This document shows positions 26,136 to 36,475 of a DNA stretch of 64,000 nucleotides, in pieces; the stretch's first letter is position 1; each line of letters starts with the position of its first letter. The stretch is from Nageia nagi (lineage: Eukaryota > Plantae > Pinophyta), in the NCBI GenBank assembly GCA_050084985.1, contig JBITNC010000001.1:168206001-168270000 (forward strand), read 5' to 3'. The notes below the pieces were generated by a model, which saw only the letters and a list, made by a program, of their open reading frames with translations, did not search any database and was not told the origin of the DNA. The position numbers and the translations under genes were made by a program.

Positions 26136-26643
26136 GATATGATGCAATTGATTTGGATGAGATTGATCTAACTTATGAAAGGATCTTACATGCTTAAAGA
26201 AGTAGGTAGACAAACTTGCAACCATGGAATGAGCATAGGTGCAGGCCCAAGCATCCACAGAAGCAGCAAAAGCACAACAATATATTATTTATTATGATAA
26301 AAACCCATACATTTCCATGTTTACTGCAAAAAAAATGATGCAGATTATTTAAATTTAGTATTTGTTTTTTAATTTAATGCTTTTTTACCAAATATTCTTC
26401 AAATTGCTGAATTTCAAAAGTTTTAGCCCAATCGAATATTGGCCAAATCCAAATTTCACTACTACACTTGTCACTGCATTCATGCAATTTTTTGACCATA
26501 TAAAACTGCTTACCATGTAGTTTTGAAACATGTGGGAAATTTGAGGAAATTTGAAAAACAGCTAATTTATAAGCTGGTTAAGTGTTTCAATTCAACATTT
26601 TCAAGGCAAGCAACCAGTTACTCTAAATTAGGTAAAATGTTAC

Positions 26644-27344
26644 CTGCAAAAGGTCCATTAAGCTGGACTGCTGGTTTTCGATCTGTGATAACTGCTTCCG
26701 GATGAATGCCAAGTCTTCTGCATTATGTGAAATAGCCTCATCCACAAAGTTTGTGCTGTGACGAACATTTGCATCAGTAATTAAACAATCAGAATGCTGA
26801 TTATTATCGTTCCTTTGCTGTGATGGCTTATTAGGAGGAGACATTTCTGGCAAAGGTTTTCTATTTGGTGTTCCATCTATAGGTGATATTGCTTCAGAAC
26901 CATTATCAACCATAATGCATTTTGTTTCACAACTAGCCCTACTCTCGTCTGAAAGCCTTGACGTCTCAATTTTTCCAAACATCTCCGTATTTTCAAATTT
27001 ATAACCATCATGAATTTTTGATACTCCTCCATTTCGTCCAGACATCTCTGAACAATGGGTATTATCAATGCCTTCATTGGGAATCACTGATCTAGGAGGG
27101 CAAGTTCGAGGAACTGCTACCTCAATGTGCCAATTGTCTGTTTTCCTACCATCCAACCTACGAGGCATGCGTGGATTTATCTTTGTGTCAGCCAGTGGAG
27201 CTCTCTTTTTTGCAGTGCTAACAGAAATACCATCGATTGCAGATTTAGTTACAGCTGTTCCACTTTTTCTCAGAAAAGTAGACTTGCATCCAGCACTATG
27301 AGTAGATTTGAGATCTCGGAAGGAAGCTTCATTGATCCAATTTT
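26644..27344 (-). CDS. TOR1L2: TORTIFOLIA1-like exon 4 (ENWINEAS...DNWHIEVAVP...EDLAFIRKQLSQIENQQSSLMDLLQ)
   Basis: Open 701-nt exon in phase with exons 3 and 5, CAG|GTAACA donor. The acceptor could alternatively be 6 nt upstream (27350), also in frame. Confidence 0.87.
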
Positions 27345-27764
27345 CTGTTCCTTATCATCCAATCATTCAACAAAAACCATAAAAAAGTTAAGGAAACAAA
27401 CAAAATGTTCAATAAGACAAAGGAGCTGAAAACTTGATACGATATAAGCAAAAGACAACATTTGGAAACGAGTGGATTCTTGAAATGATTCCACTGCTAC
27501 CTTTCAATGAAAGACACATGATTATTGCAGATCCAAATACATACAGCTCAAGGAGCTAACATAGAATGAACTTCTTGAGATGGAATTGAAAATGCTAACA
27601 GGTCAAATTTAATTGAAATAACAAGAACAAAATCCCTAAACGGATGATATTCTAGTGGATTGACAAGAATGACAGTAGAAAGCATTTAAATCAGTTTCCT
27701 CAAACGTTATGTGCCAGCTCGTTCTCACAGATTGCAATCCAAGAAAGAAGTATGGATTGATTAC

Positions 27765-27870
27765 CTTTTGTGGTTGAACCCTTTTCCGAGATTGGTGAAA
27801 AAACTTCAGCATCTGGAACCTTCTTCCAATCTTGTAATGTCTGTGCAACAGTGTCTCTCACTGGTTTCAC
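27765..27870 (-). CDS. TOR1L2: TORTIFOLIA1-like exon 3 (VKPVRDTVAQTLQDWKKVP...)
   Basis: aactag acceptor, completes the conserved RFDKVKPVRD motif, AAG|GTAATC donor. Confidence 0.9.
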
Positions 27871-27980
27871 CTAGTTCATGATTTTTAAAGAGAATTTCAA
27901 AAGAGTGCCTTAGGCAAAGGATTATTTCCAGGGACAGTGATTATGTTATGCTGAAAACAATTATGCCAGTGAATTCTGAC

Positions 27981-28175
27981 CTTGTCAAAGCGACATGATT
28001 CCAGTGCTGCAACACAGGATGTCTTGAAGGATGACAGTAAAGGGCCAAGGCTTAGAGCCATGCGTCCAAAAGTCTCTGCTGCTGCTTTGCGAGTTGCCCA
28101 GTCATTGCTTTGCAAACTGTCTAAAATGCAAGGTACAAGTCCAGCCACCGTTTGCTGCGACGAAGCTGCTCCTGC
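27981..28175 (-). CDS. TOR1L2: TORTIFOLIA1-like exon 2 (AGAAS...DWATRKAAAE...LESCRFDK)
   Basis: tacag acceptor, 195 nt, AAG|GTCAGA donor, conserved HEAT-repeat motifs. Confidence 0.93.
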
Positions 28176-30599
28176 CTGTATAACCAGCCAAAAATGAATA
28201 GTGAAAATCACAAATACCTAGTTGCTCTGTGTAGCTACAATTTAGAAATGCTGAAAACACGTTCTTCTCGTAAATATGCAGTCTTTGATTTTTGAAGAAT
28301 CAGTTCAACTTGATATACAGAATTTAGAACAATTTTTTATTATTGCAACTTTGTGATGCAAACACTTTGGCTCAAAAAAATCTACAATAGTAAAAATTCA
28401 TCAGTTTTTCAGTGTACTAAGGTACCCATTTTAAACCCAGACAAAATATATAAGGTAAAGTTATAAGATTCTTCGTTCTAACAAGGAGTTTCCTTCACCA
28501 ATGGGTGTGCTGGCTAAACTATATCCTTCCAAACTTGATTATAACTAGAAATATTAAAATTCTCTCTCATATACTATTATATGTCTTAGGAAGAATTGTT
28601 TGATAAAGATCTACATTCTTAAAAGTATATCTAAAGAAAAGACATTGTTACAAGTCCCTTTTCTGTCATTCCTCAGATCAGGGAAGAAAGCAAAATATTT
28701 ATAATTAGCTGAGATCACGATGACATTTAGCCTAAAGACATACCGTTAACTTGAAAGCCAATGACGGATTGATTCCATTTAGAACAAACTACAGAGACAA
28801 AAAGCAACATCTTCTGAGATGTTGAAAAGGTCAAATTTGAGAAATATACGAAGTCGAGTATGCATATATTTTTAGAAATTCTAGCCACTCATTTCCAAGA
28901 TACAGCTATCAAGATATACAAAAGTCTTTTAGTGGGAAAATAGTTTTACATTTCATAATTTATATGAAACTTGCTTTCTAGTTTTTGTAAAATAAGGCAA
29001 ATATTTGTACCTCGAGGAAATTTATAAGCACTGTTTCAATTTATCTTTTTTGTAATATGAGGCAAATATTTGTAAACCTCAGAGAAATTTATAAGCACTG
29101 TTTCAATTTACTTCCAATTTCTCAACATTTTACTTAAAAACGTATATATTTCTTAATTCACCTGAATTTTTCTTTATATTCCAAGTAAAAAAACATGAAA
29201 AGTGAAGCATTCTCCTAAGAGAATGAAAAGAAACCTAGAAGCATACAATGTTAATAAAAACGATAGAATCTGTCTTGGCCAGTCTTGTGGGTCTGTCTTG
29301 AATAGTCATTGAAAATATTAAACGCCACAGTTTCACAAAAACAGACAAGAATATTAACAACTCATTCAATCTTTTGATGAAAATTTCAAATTTCACATAT
29401 GATTGAAAGACATTAATGCTTCTCATAGGAAAGATACAGGGATAAGTTTTTAAAAATCGTTTTAAATTTCACTCATTGTTTGAAAAACATAAAGCTTCTG
29501 ATAGAAAAATGTAAAGAATGTTAACAAATCATTCAAGTTTTACAATAAGCTTGGTTCTACATGTGAAATAATCTAAAGTTAATCCTAAGGTTAGGATTGT
29601 TTATCAATTATCCTTGATAATAATAAGAAAATACTTAGCTTTTGTATGTAGATACAATTAACTCTGAAAACATGTGTTTTCAGTAATATGCAATCGTAGG
29701 TTTTTAAAAATAACTCAACTAAATGAACAGAATTTACTGAGATTCTATTATTTCAATTTTGTGATGCAAACTCTCTGGCTAATGCTAAAATTTATAATTG
29801 CATAGGTGCTTAAGTTTTTCAATGAACTCGATAAAGATGACAAATAGTTTTTAACAGAAGATACAACAAAAAGTGACAAGTTCTGTTGTTCTAAACAGAT
29901 AGCTTCCACACCAATAAGCATGGCTAGGCCGTAAGCCTAAATATATCCTTCCTAAGGTGTTTCTAACATAAACAATTTTAAATCCATCTCATATCCTATA
30001 CCTGACTCTCTTTCTAGAAGAATTGCTAGGGAAAAACAGCAATATTCATAAAATACAACATCTACACAGGCATTATTCTAGGTTCGCTTTAAGAGCGTTG
30101 ATTGGATATCAGAATAATGTGAAATATCTATCAATTAGCTGAAATTGCACCTATTCATTTCCTTTGGGGTATATGACCTTAATTTGAGAAGCAGCGGCAG
30201 ATTTATCATATTTAAAGTTTAGAGTGAACTAACAAAGCCAAAATGAAACATGATCTGAGATGGTGAAAAGGTCAAACTTAAAAAATAAATGTAAACTTAA
30301 TGACACCTATATTTATAGAAGTTAGAAAATCCTATCAATCATTTCCAACATCCATCTATGAGAAACATAAAAGCCTCAGACTATGTCAAGAATTCAGTAT
30401 TTTATGAAAAAAATTGGCTCAAAGTTTTAGAAAAAACAAATATTATCTATGGATATATAGGCAAATATTTGCACATTTACAGAAATTTGGAAGCACTGTT
30501 TTAATTTCCTTTTCTTAGTAATTTACTTCAAATATTTGTACATTTCTTAATTTGCATTGTTTTTTTAATATTTTAAAGGCATATATTCGTAAAACTCTT

Positions 30600-31030
30600 A
30601 AAAATTGGAGTGAGCAGCCCTTGGTCTCAAGTTCGAACTGCGGCAACCTAAATTGTAACATAGCTGCCCCCAACTTCAGAATTCCAATCGCAGAAACCCC
30701 TTCTATTGGAACCCTAGATCAGAAGAAAATACACCAACAATCTTCTATTCTCTCAAAAAGAGCACTAATTTGCAGATTCAATGGTTTTTGGGCTGGTATG
30801 ATGACCTTAACAAAGTGAACTTCACTTGACACGAATTTTTCATTCTTGAAACGGCTAGTCTGTCACAAATTCCAATGTGGATCAATCTACGTTCTCTCCC
30901 AATGGAATTTTGGGACTTGAATGGTTTTAAGGCAATAGGAAATTCAATGGAAAAATTCTGAAATTATCAAAATCCATAAAGGACGGTGAGATGGCAATTT
31001 TTGCTATTTTGTATGTAAGCTATTATTGAG
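30600..31030 (+). mobile_element. L1 LINE ORF1 (DUF4283-like) fragment
   Basis: RALICRFNGFW and PMWINLRSLPMEFWDLNGFKAIGNSMEKF, typical of plant L1 ORF1. Confidence 0.7.
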
Positions 31031-31031
31031 A

Positions 31032-32000
31032 CTAGTGTTCCACAGGGAGGCATTCCTCCTCGTGGAGGAGGCATTCACGATGTTCCCCCGTTTTGGGAAC
31101 TTGGGAATGCCTAGGGGGACGTTTTCCAGCTGTTTCCGTTTTGGGGAATATCTAGTAGACGTGTCTCACAGGAGCAAGGAACAGTTCCTTGATTGATCCT
31201 CGATTTGGGAAAGGCCAGGGAATGCCCAACCGTACCCAAGAACAAGATAGTAACATCCAGCATTCCCCAACCATTCCCAGAGACATTCGACATTCCCCAA
31301 CCATTCTCGGGGATGTTCGGCATTCCCACTCGATTTTGGGTGCATATGAACAAAAAAAACAAAAAAAAAACTTCTAACTTAAAAAAGAAAACACTTAAAA
31401 TATGCATGGGATGTGATCCACCAATGATCCCACCTCCTCTAACCCTAAAAATATCTTATAAATTCCATCCAAAAGTGATCTTGTAATCAATTTTCATTGT
31501 ATGCAGCCGGAAGAGCAAAAAAACCAGTAATTAGAAGAAAAATGACAGCAGTAGAAGAGAAGGATACACCACCATTAGCACATGAGCCTATAAAGCCATA
31601 GACTACAGTTATTATTTTCAATTTTGGTATTTTCATTTTGTTATACTTATTTCACTATTTGACATATTCATGTCAATGTCCACTCTATGTATTTGATTTA
31701 AACCTAATGAAATTATGATTTAGACTGCTTATGACATTATGTTATCAAATTTACAATTATCATATTATGTCTTGAATTTCTAATTTCTATTCCATGTTTT
31801 CAGTTTGTGTACATGATTGAATTGATAATATCAATATGAAATTAGAAATATCTTGTGAATGTCGTAATAATAATTTTTACTAGTATTATACTTGTCGTTC
31901 CCTAGCTATTCCTTGGCGTTCTGCAAAAATGAACCCCTAAATTCCCCATTCCCAAGTACACATTCCCCCATATTCCCGTTCCCATATCAGGGAATGTACC
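31032..32000. mobile_element. Probable non-autonomous DNA transposon (~1 kb) with CATTCCC-rich subterminal repeats and AT-rich core
   Basis: Both ends are enriched for CATTCCC/TTCCCC motifs, including a 30-bp tandem unit at 31261-31330. TIR and TSD were not clearly resolved. Confidence 0.5.
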
Positions 32001-32769
32001 AACTCTCCCCTCAACATCAAGAGAGGCTAGGAGTCCCCCATATAGAAGATGTATGTGGGGCCAAACCCAAACATCTCCATGGAAACTTGGTTTATTCTTG
32101 CACATAAATCTATATATTTTGATGATGGTTTTTTGCAGCAGTTCAGGATGGTGATCCTTGTACAACCTTTTTGTTTCTTTTTCAAACTCTTTAAAATCTA
32201 AAAGTAATATATTTCGATTCACTTAAAAATCTCAAAATTTTACTTGAGACATGTTCTTAATTCACTTCAATATTTCTTCTGTCTATGTGAAGAAATAAAC
32301 AAGAATTTTCAATGAAACAATAAAGAATTCGAGAAGCATACAATCTTAACAAAAATAATTTGATGTGTCAGTAAATTTCGCGGACCTGTCTTTTATATTC
32401 TCAGAGAACAGGGCCGAATTCAAAATTTTGATGAAAAACTTACATTTCACTCACTGGAGAAAATAACAATCACTCGTTCAAAAAGAAACAGACAAACAAT
32501 ATCAACAAACTAACTGTGTTCAAAGATTGATTTATTCTAGTAAGTAATTCACTTTCTTTGTAACCTCAAAATACACCAGAGTTACTTCACACACAACCTC
32601 TGAATTTCCTATCCAGACCGGTAGATCTTGCTTCAAATCTTTCCGAAACTGAAGTTAATTTCTTCAAATTTACGATAAGACTTTTAATTTCATCATTGAA
32701 AAACTAAAGCTTCTGATATTAAAATCTTATCAAATTATTGGATATTAAATCATGAAAGAATAACCAGAC

Positions 32770-33447
32770 CTCAACGATGCTGCTAATGACCGAGAGCAAA
32801 GCCGCATTTGCAGAAAAGCTCTGATTAGACAGCAACTTCACAATCCTCGGCAATAGTTTCTGCAAAGCCACAGTCGGTGGATTCTCCGCATTATCAATAA
32901 CTCTCGCCAAACACAGCGCACACCCTGCCTGCAATTGCCGGTTCTGCTCCCCCAACGCCTCCATCAAAGGCCTCGCAAACACAGCAAACGCTCCCCCATT
33001 CTCCACGCCGGAATTCCCCGAGGGATGCACCACTTTCGCCGCCAAAACCCCTATGGCCTCCACACAGGCGTCCCGAACGCTCGAATCCGGGTCCTTAAGG
33101 CGCCGGATAATGTTCCCAACCATCTTCGGCAGCCATGGCGCTAGCAGTTCGCCATGGCCGGCAGCGAGAGTCGCAAACGTCTTCACACATTCGCGCCGCA
33201 CGATGCTCTTGTGCTGCGAGTCCGTCTCGAAAATACAGCTCAGGAAGGGACCGAAACCCTCGGGCGTTAAAGCCGCCGCCACTCTCCCGAGCTCGTCCGC
33301 CGCAATTTGATACGTGTCCCGGTCCGCCAGCTTGTTGAGGACCGAAATCACGCGCTGTTTAAGCTCCAAATTCATCTGCTGCGGTGACAGAGCGGTTTTG
33401 TTGCCCCTCGTCTTGGCGGCGCTCTTACTAACCCTCGTCTGCGCCAT
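32770..33447 (-). CDS. TOR1L2: TORTIFOLIA1/SPIRAL2-like microtubule-associated HEAT-repeat protein, exon 1
   Basis: ELKQRVISVLNKLADRDTYQ, FLSCI, RLKDPDSSVRDAC and ALCLARVID are characteristic of the TOR1/SPR2 family. GC-rich 678-nt exon with GAG|GTCTGG donor. The TOR1L2 subclade is suggested by LNKLADRDTYQ and WHIEVAVP. Confidence 0.93.
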
Positions 33448-34510
33448 TGCTGAAAGCTTCGGAAATGCAGCACAATTTCCTCACGGCGAAGCAGCAGTAT
33501 TTCGTCACGGGAATCATGCAGACTCCATTAATACGGCCCTGCCTTGCTTCAAATAATCCATATACGAAGTCTGTGAACAAATTTATTGCAGTCTATCACC
33601 ACGAATCTCTTCTGTGGAGCTCCCACATCTCAGCAAAATGCTGAGAAAAATCTTCATCGTCATCTTGTTCATCGTCGTCGATGTTTTTGAATTAAATTTG
33701 CAGCAGCAGAATTATCCAGCGCCCAGCTTCGATGTCCATCTACGGTCCGAAACGGCCAAACTGTCAGGAGTTCTTCCGACTCGTCCAAAATTCAAATATC
33801 AGACCCATGATTGTCGACGTATTCGACGGACAGGATTCGTTCAATTTTGAACAGTAACGAGATCACGGCCGTAGAACTTGAAGTGGATATTTTATTTATT
33901 CCTCGTGGCCGTCCGGGTTTTCTTGTTTCGATAAATCTCTTTTCTCGTACGCTGACGTGGCAGGCGCCGCTTCGCCGAATTTGAAAGTTGGGGCGATGTA
34001 AGCCGTCGATCAGCCGCTCCGGCCGGTTGTGGTCCGTCGGATGGGTGGGCCCTTCTTTCTCTTGTTTGCATGTCGAAGACCTGCAAAATCCAGGGTGTCA
34101 AATGTCGTTAGTCTCCGTCGGGTCAGCGACGTGCCCACGTGGCATGTTCTAAGAACCGTTGGAGTGCCAGCTGGCGGAGGGGGTGTGTCGACCCGTAACG
34201 TGCAGGTCACGTCAGCATTTTGTCGTGTTGTAGGACCCTTATTTTAACGGTTTGTATTAGGCGTTCGAGAGGTCTGCAAATTCAAATACATGGTGCTGTA
34301 AATATAATAAGAAGAAATTAAGTTGTGCAGGCGGCAGTCCGACAGAGCAGAGGGCGCGTGATGTGTCTCCTCCCGCGTGACATCACCCCCGACATCCAAC
34401 GTTCTTCCTAAGAATAAATAATCGTCTGACTGGTTCACATCTTCATAATCAAAAACAAAATTGACCCATCAATGCATATCAATGGGCTTTTTGGCTGTCA
34501 CGTGTCATAC
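33448..34510 (-). promoter_or_regulatory. CpG-rich 5' UTR/promoter of the TOR1L gene with clustered ACGT-core (G-box/ABRE-like) elements
   Basis: The only extended CpG-rich region in the window (~32800-34440). TGACGTGGC 33953, CCACGTGGC 34135, CACGTCA 34208, CACGTG 34499, plus CGCGTG motifs at ~34355-34380. Confidence 0.6.
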
Positions 34511-34619
34511 AAGAGTTACTAAAAAAATATGTTTTTCATTTGAAAAATTAAATATAAAATTATTTGTCAATTGAGAAATGTAAAATAATTTGAAATTTCC
34601 AATTGAAAATATAAAATTT

Positions 34620-36475
34620 TCCTTTGAGAGAGTGTTGATTGGTATTATGACATCTAATATGTTTTTCAATTGTGTTACAAAATGCTCCCAAATAACTTCT
34701 AATCCTCAATGTCAGTTGCAATGTTCTTGAAAATGTGTTGATTTCTTTTAAGTCAAATGTCCCATAGGAGCATAACTAGAGATGTCGACTAAAGAATTTA
34801 TGAGGCAATATTTTTGAAGGAGGATTCAATGATGAGATAAGATGTCTTATTGACTCTAGAGTAGCCTATTCAAAATGAAAAAGTGAGAGAAGTTTGCTCC
34901 ATAAATAATGGTTATATGGGCAATGGAGTTGGAGATGGGCACCTAATTCTTCATCTTCACTACAAAGAATGCATTTGGAGGGGCCCTACCATCCATGTTT
35001 CCTAAGTTGAATTATGGACAAGAACTTGTCCTTGACTGTCAACCATAGGAAGAATTTTGATTTCGGCTAGACATGTGTTGTTTATACTTTGCCTTATGTT
35101 TGAGGGGGCAAATTTGAGTTTTGTCATTGGTGGAAGACTTTATATACAATTTTTGATTATGTATGCTCCTTTGGGATGAGGTGCCCAATGCATGGTATCC
35201 ATTATATCTTAATCATTTATATTGTAGAAGTTCATGAGTGTTTTATAATGAGTGGATTCTTGCTTAAATTGTACAAGCAGATGAGGAAACTGGGTTTCCA
35301 AGCTTTGACCTATATCCCTACATTTAAAATTCAAGACCAAAAGTTCTCCACCTTGTCTTCCCAGTAATCCATTTTTAGATTTTAATGTAAGTTTGTAAGT
35401 GGTTGCATAGTTGAGAGAGGTTGCTTGGAAAGCCAAGGATCATTCCAAAAATCAACTTTCTCTCCATCTCTTATTGCTTATTTGAGATTATGATGAACAA
35501 AGTATTATGCCTTACTTTACCCATTCCATATGGGTGAGCCTTAAGGAGTGCCAATTGTTGTGAAAATCTATATATGCTCCATAGTTATTTTCCTAAGATT
35601 GTTGTATTCATTTGTAAGAGTTTTTTAATTTCAAGAGCTCCTAATATTTTATTTTAACTCATAGTGTTCCAAACCACTAAATGAAATTTCCTTTTTTTAA
35701 GTTACCCTCCCACATAAAGTTCCTCATTATTGATTCCATTTTATAAATAACATGTTGTGGAATCCAAAAGTGCTTACCAAAAAATGGGAAGGGCCTCTAG
35801 GATTGTATTGATCTTTACCAATCTACCTACTGAAGATAATTATTTTGATTGTTAAAGAGCTATTTTTTCTTACATTTTAGAGATAAATATGTCTCAACAT
35901 TCTCCTAGATTGCCTCCTTTGGTTAGGAACATGCCCAAATAGATGCTAGGTAGAGTACACACTAACATTCATGTGACTTCTGATAATCTTAGCCCAAAAA
36001 TTTGGGATTTAGATATGTTGATTTGGCCAAATGTCATTTTACAGATTGATAAGAGACCTTTGATGGTTGTTACTTCTTGAAATGATTGGGAGGCAACCGA
36101 TAATTTGTCATCAACAAATTGAGAATGGGAAATCGACTTGCAAAGGTTGTTAATCTTTAAACCTTTGATTTATCCTTAGGTTTTGAGATATTTTAGGCCC
36201 CTACCCAACACTTCAACAAGAATGACAAACATATAAGGGGAGAGGTGATTGTCTTACCTAATTCCTCATAAACTCCTGAAATTACCTTTTGAGACTCCAT
36301 TGATTAGGATAGAAAAGTGGGGGCCTTCAATCAAGGAGATAATCCATTGAATATATCTTCTAGCAAAGCCAAACTTATTAAGGATTTGAAGAAGAAAGTT
36401 CCAATTGAATTTATTGAAGGATGTATACATGTCTAATCTTAGCTCTAGTGCCTTAAAATTACTTTTTTCAATATT
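34620..36475 (-). mobile_element. L1 LINE ORF2 (RT and downstream) remnant
   Basis: LRLDM..SFNKFNWNFLLQILNKFGF...WI...FSILING, LSPYMFVILVEVLGR and ISHSQFVDD, all plant L1 RT motifs. Confidence 0.85.

Larger units (their letters stand above)
19150..26300 (+). mobile_element. Degenerate hAT transposon interrupted by a Copia element and a MITE (TOR1L intron 4)
   Basis: BED-finger-like DLGWKH...QCNY.CKKMHGGIN.MKYYL at ~19215-19325. DUF659-like GCIIMSDRW...LINF...VDAS...NAVQVV at 24400-24630. WELIDTRWSNQLHKPIHAMGYCLNP at 25207-25290. Dimerisation-like LNNLVYVHYN at ~25720-25750. Termini not defined. Confidence 0.78.
28212..32600. repeat. Ancient ~1.4-kb tandem duplication forming most of TOR1L intron 1 (copy A ~28212-29627; copy B ~29628-30570 plus ~32230-32600)
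   Basis: Colinear shared blocks: TTGTGATGCAAAC (~28351/29759), ATATCCTTCC (~28521/29943), CTGAGATG.TGAAAAGGTCAAA (~28814/30255), GGCAAATATTTG (~28996/30460), AGAAGCATACAAT (~29237/32332). Confidence 0.8.

Noticed and set aside
32935-34438. Several 60-85-aa ORFs on both strands around TOR1L exon 1 and its promoter
   Set aside because: Expected in GC-rich sequence with few stop codons; no homology recognised.
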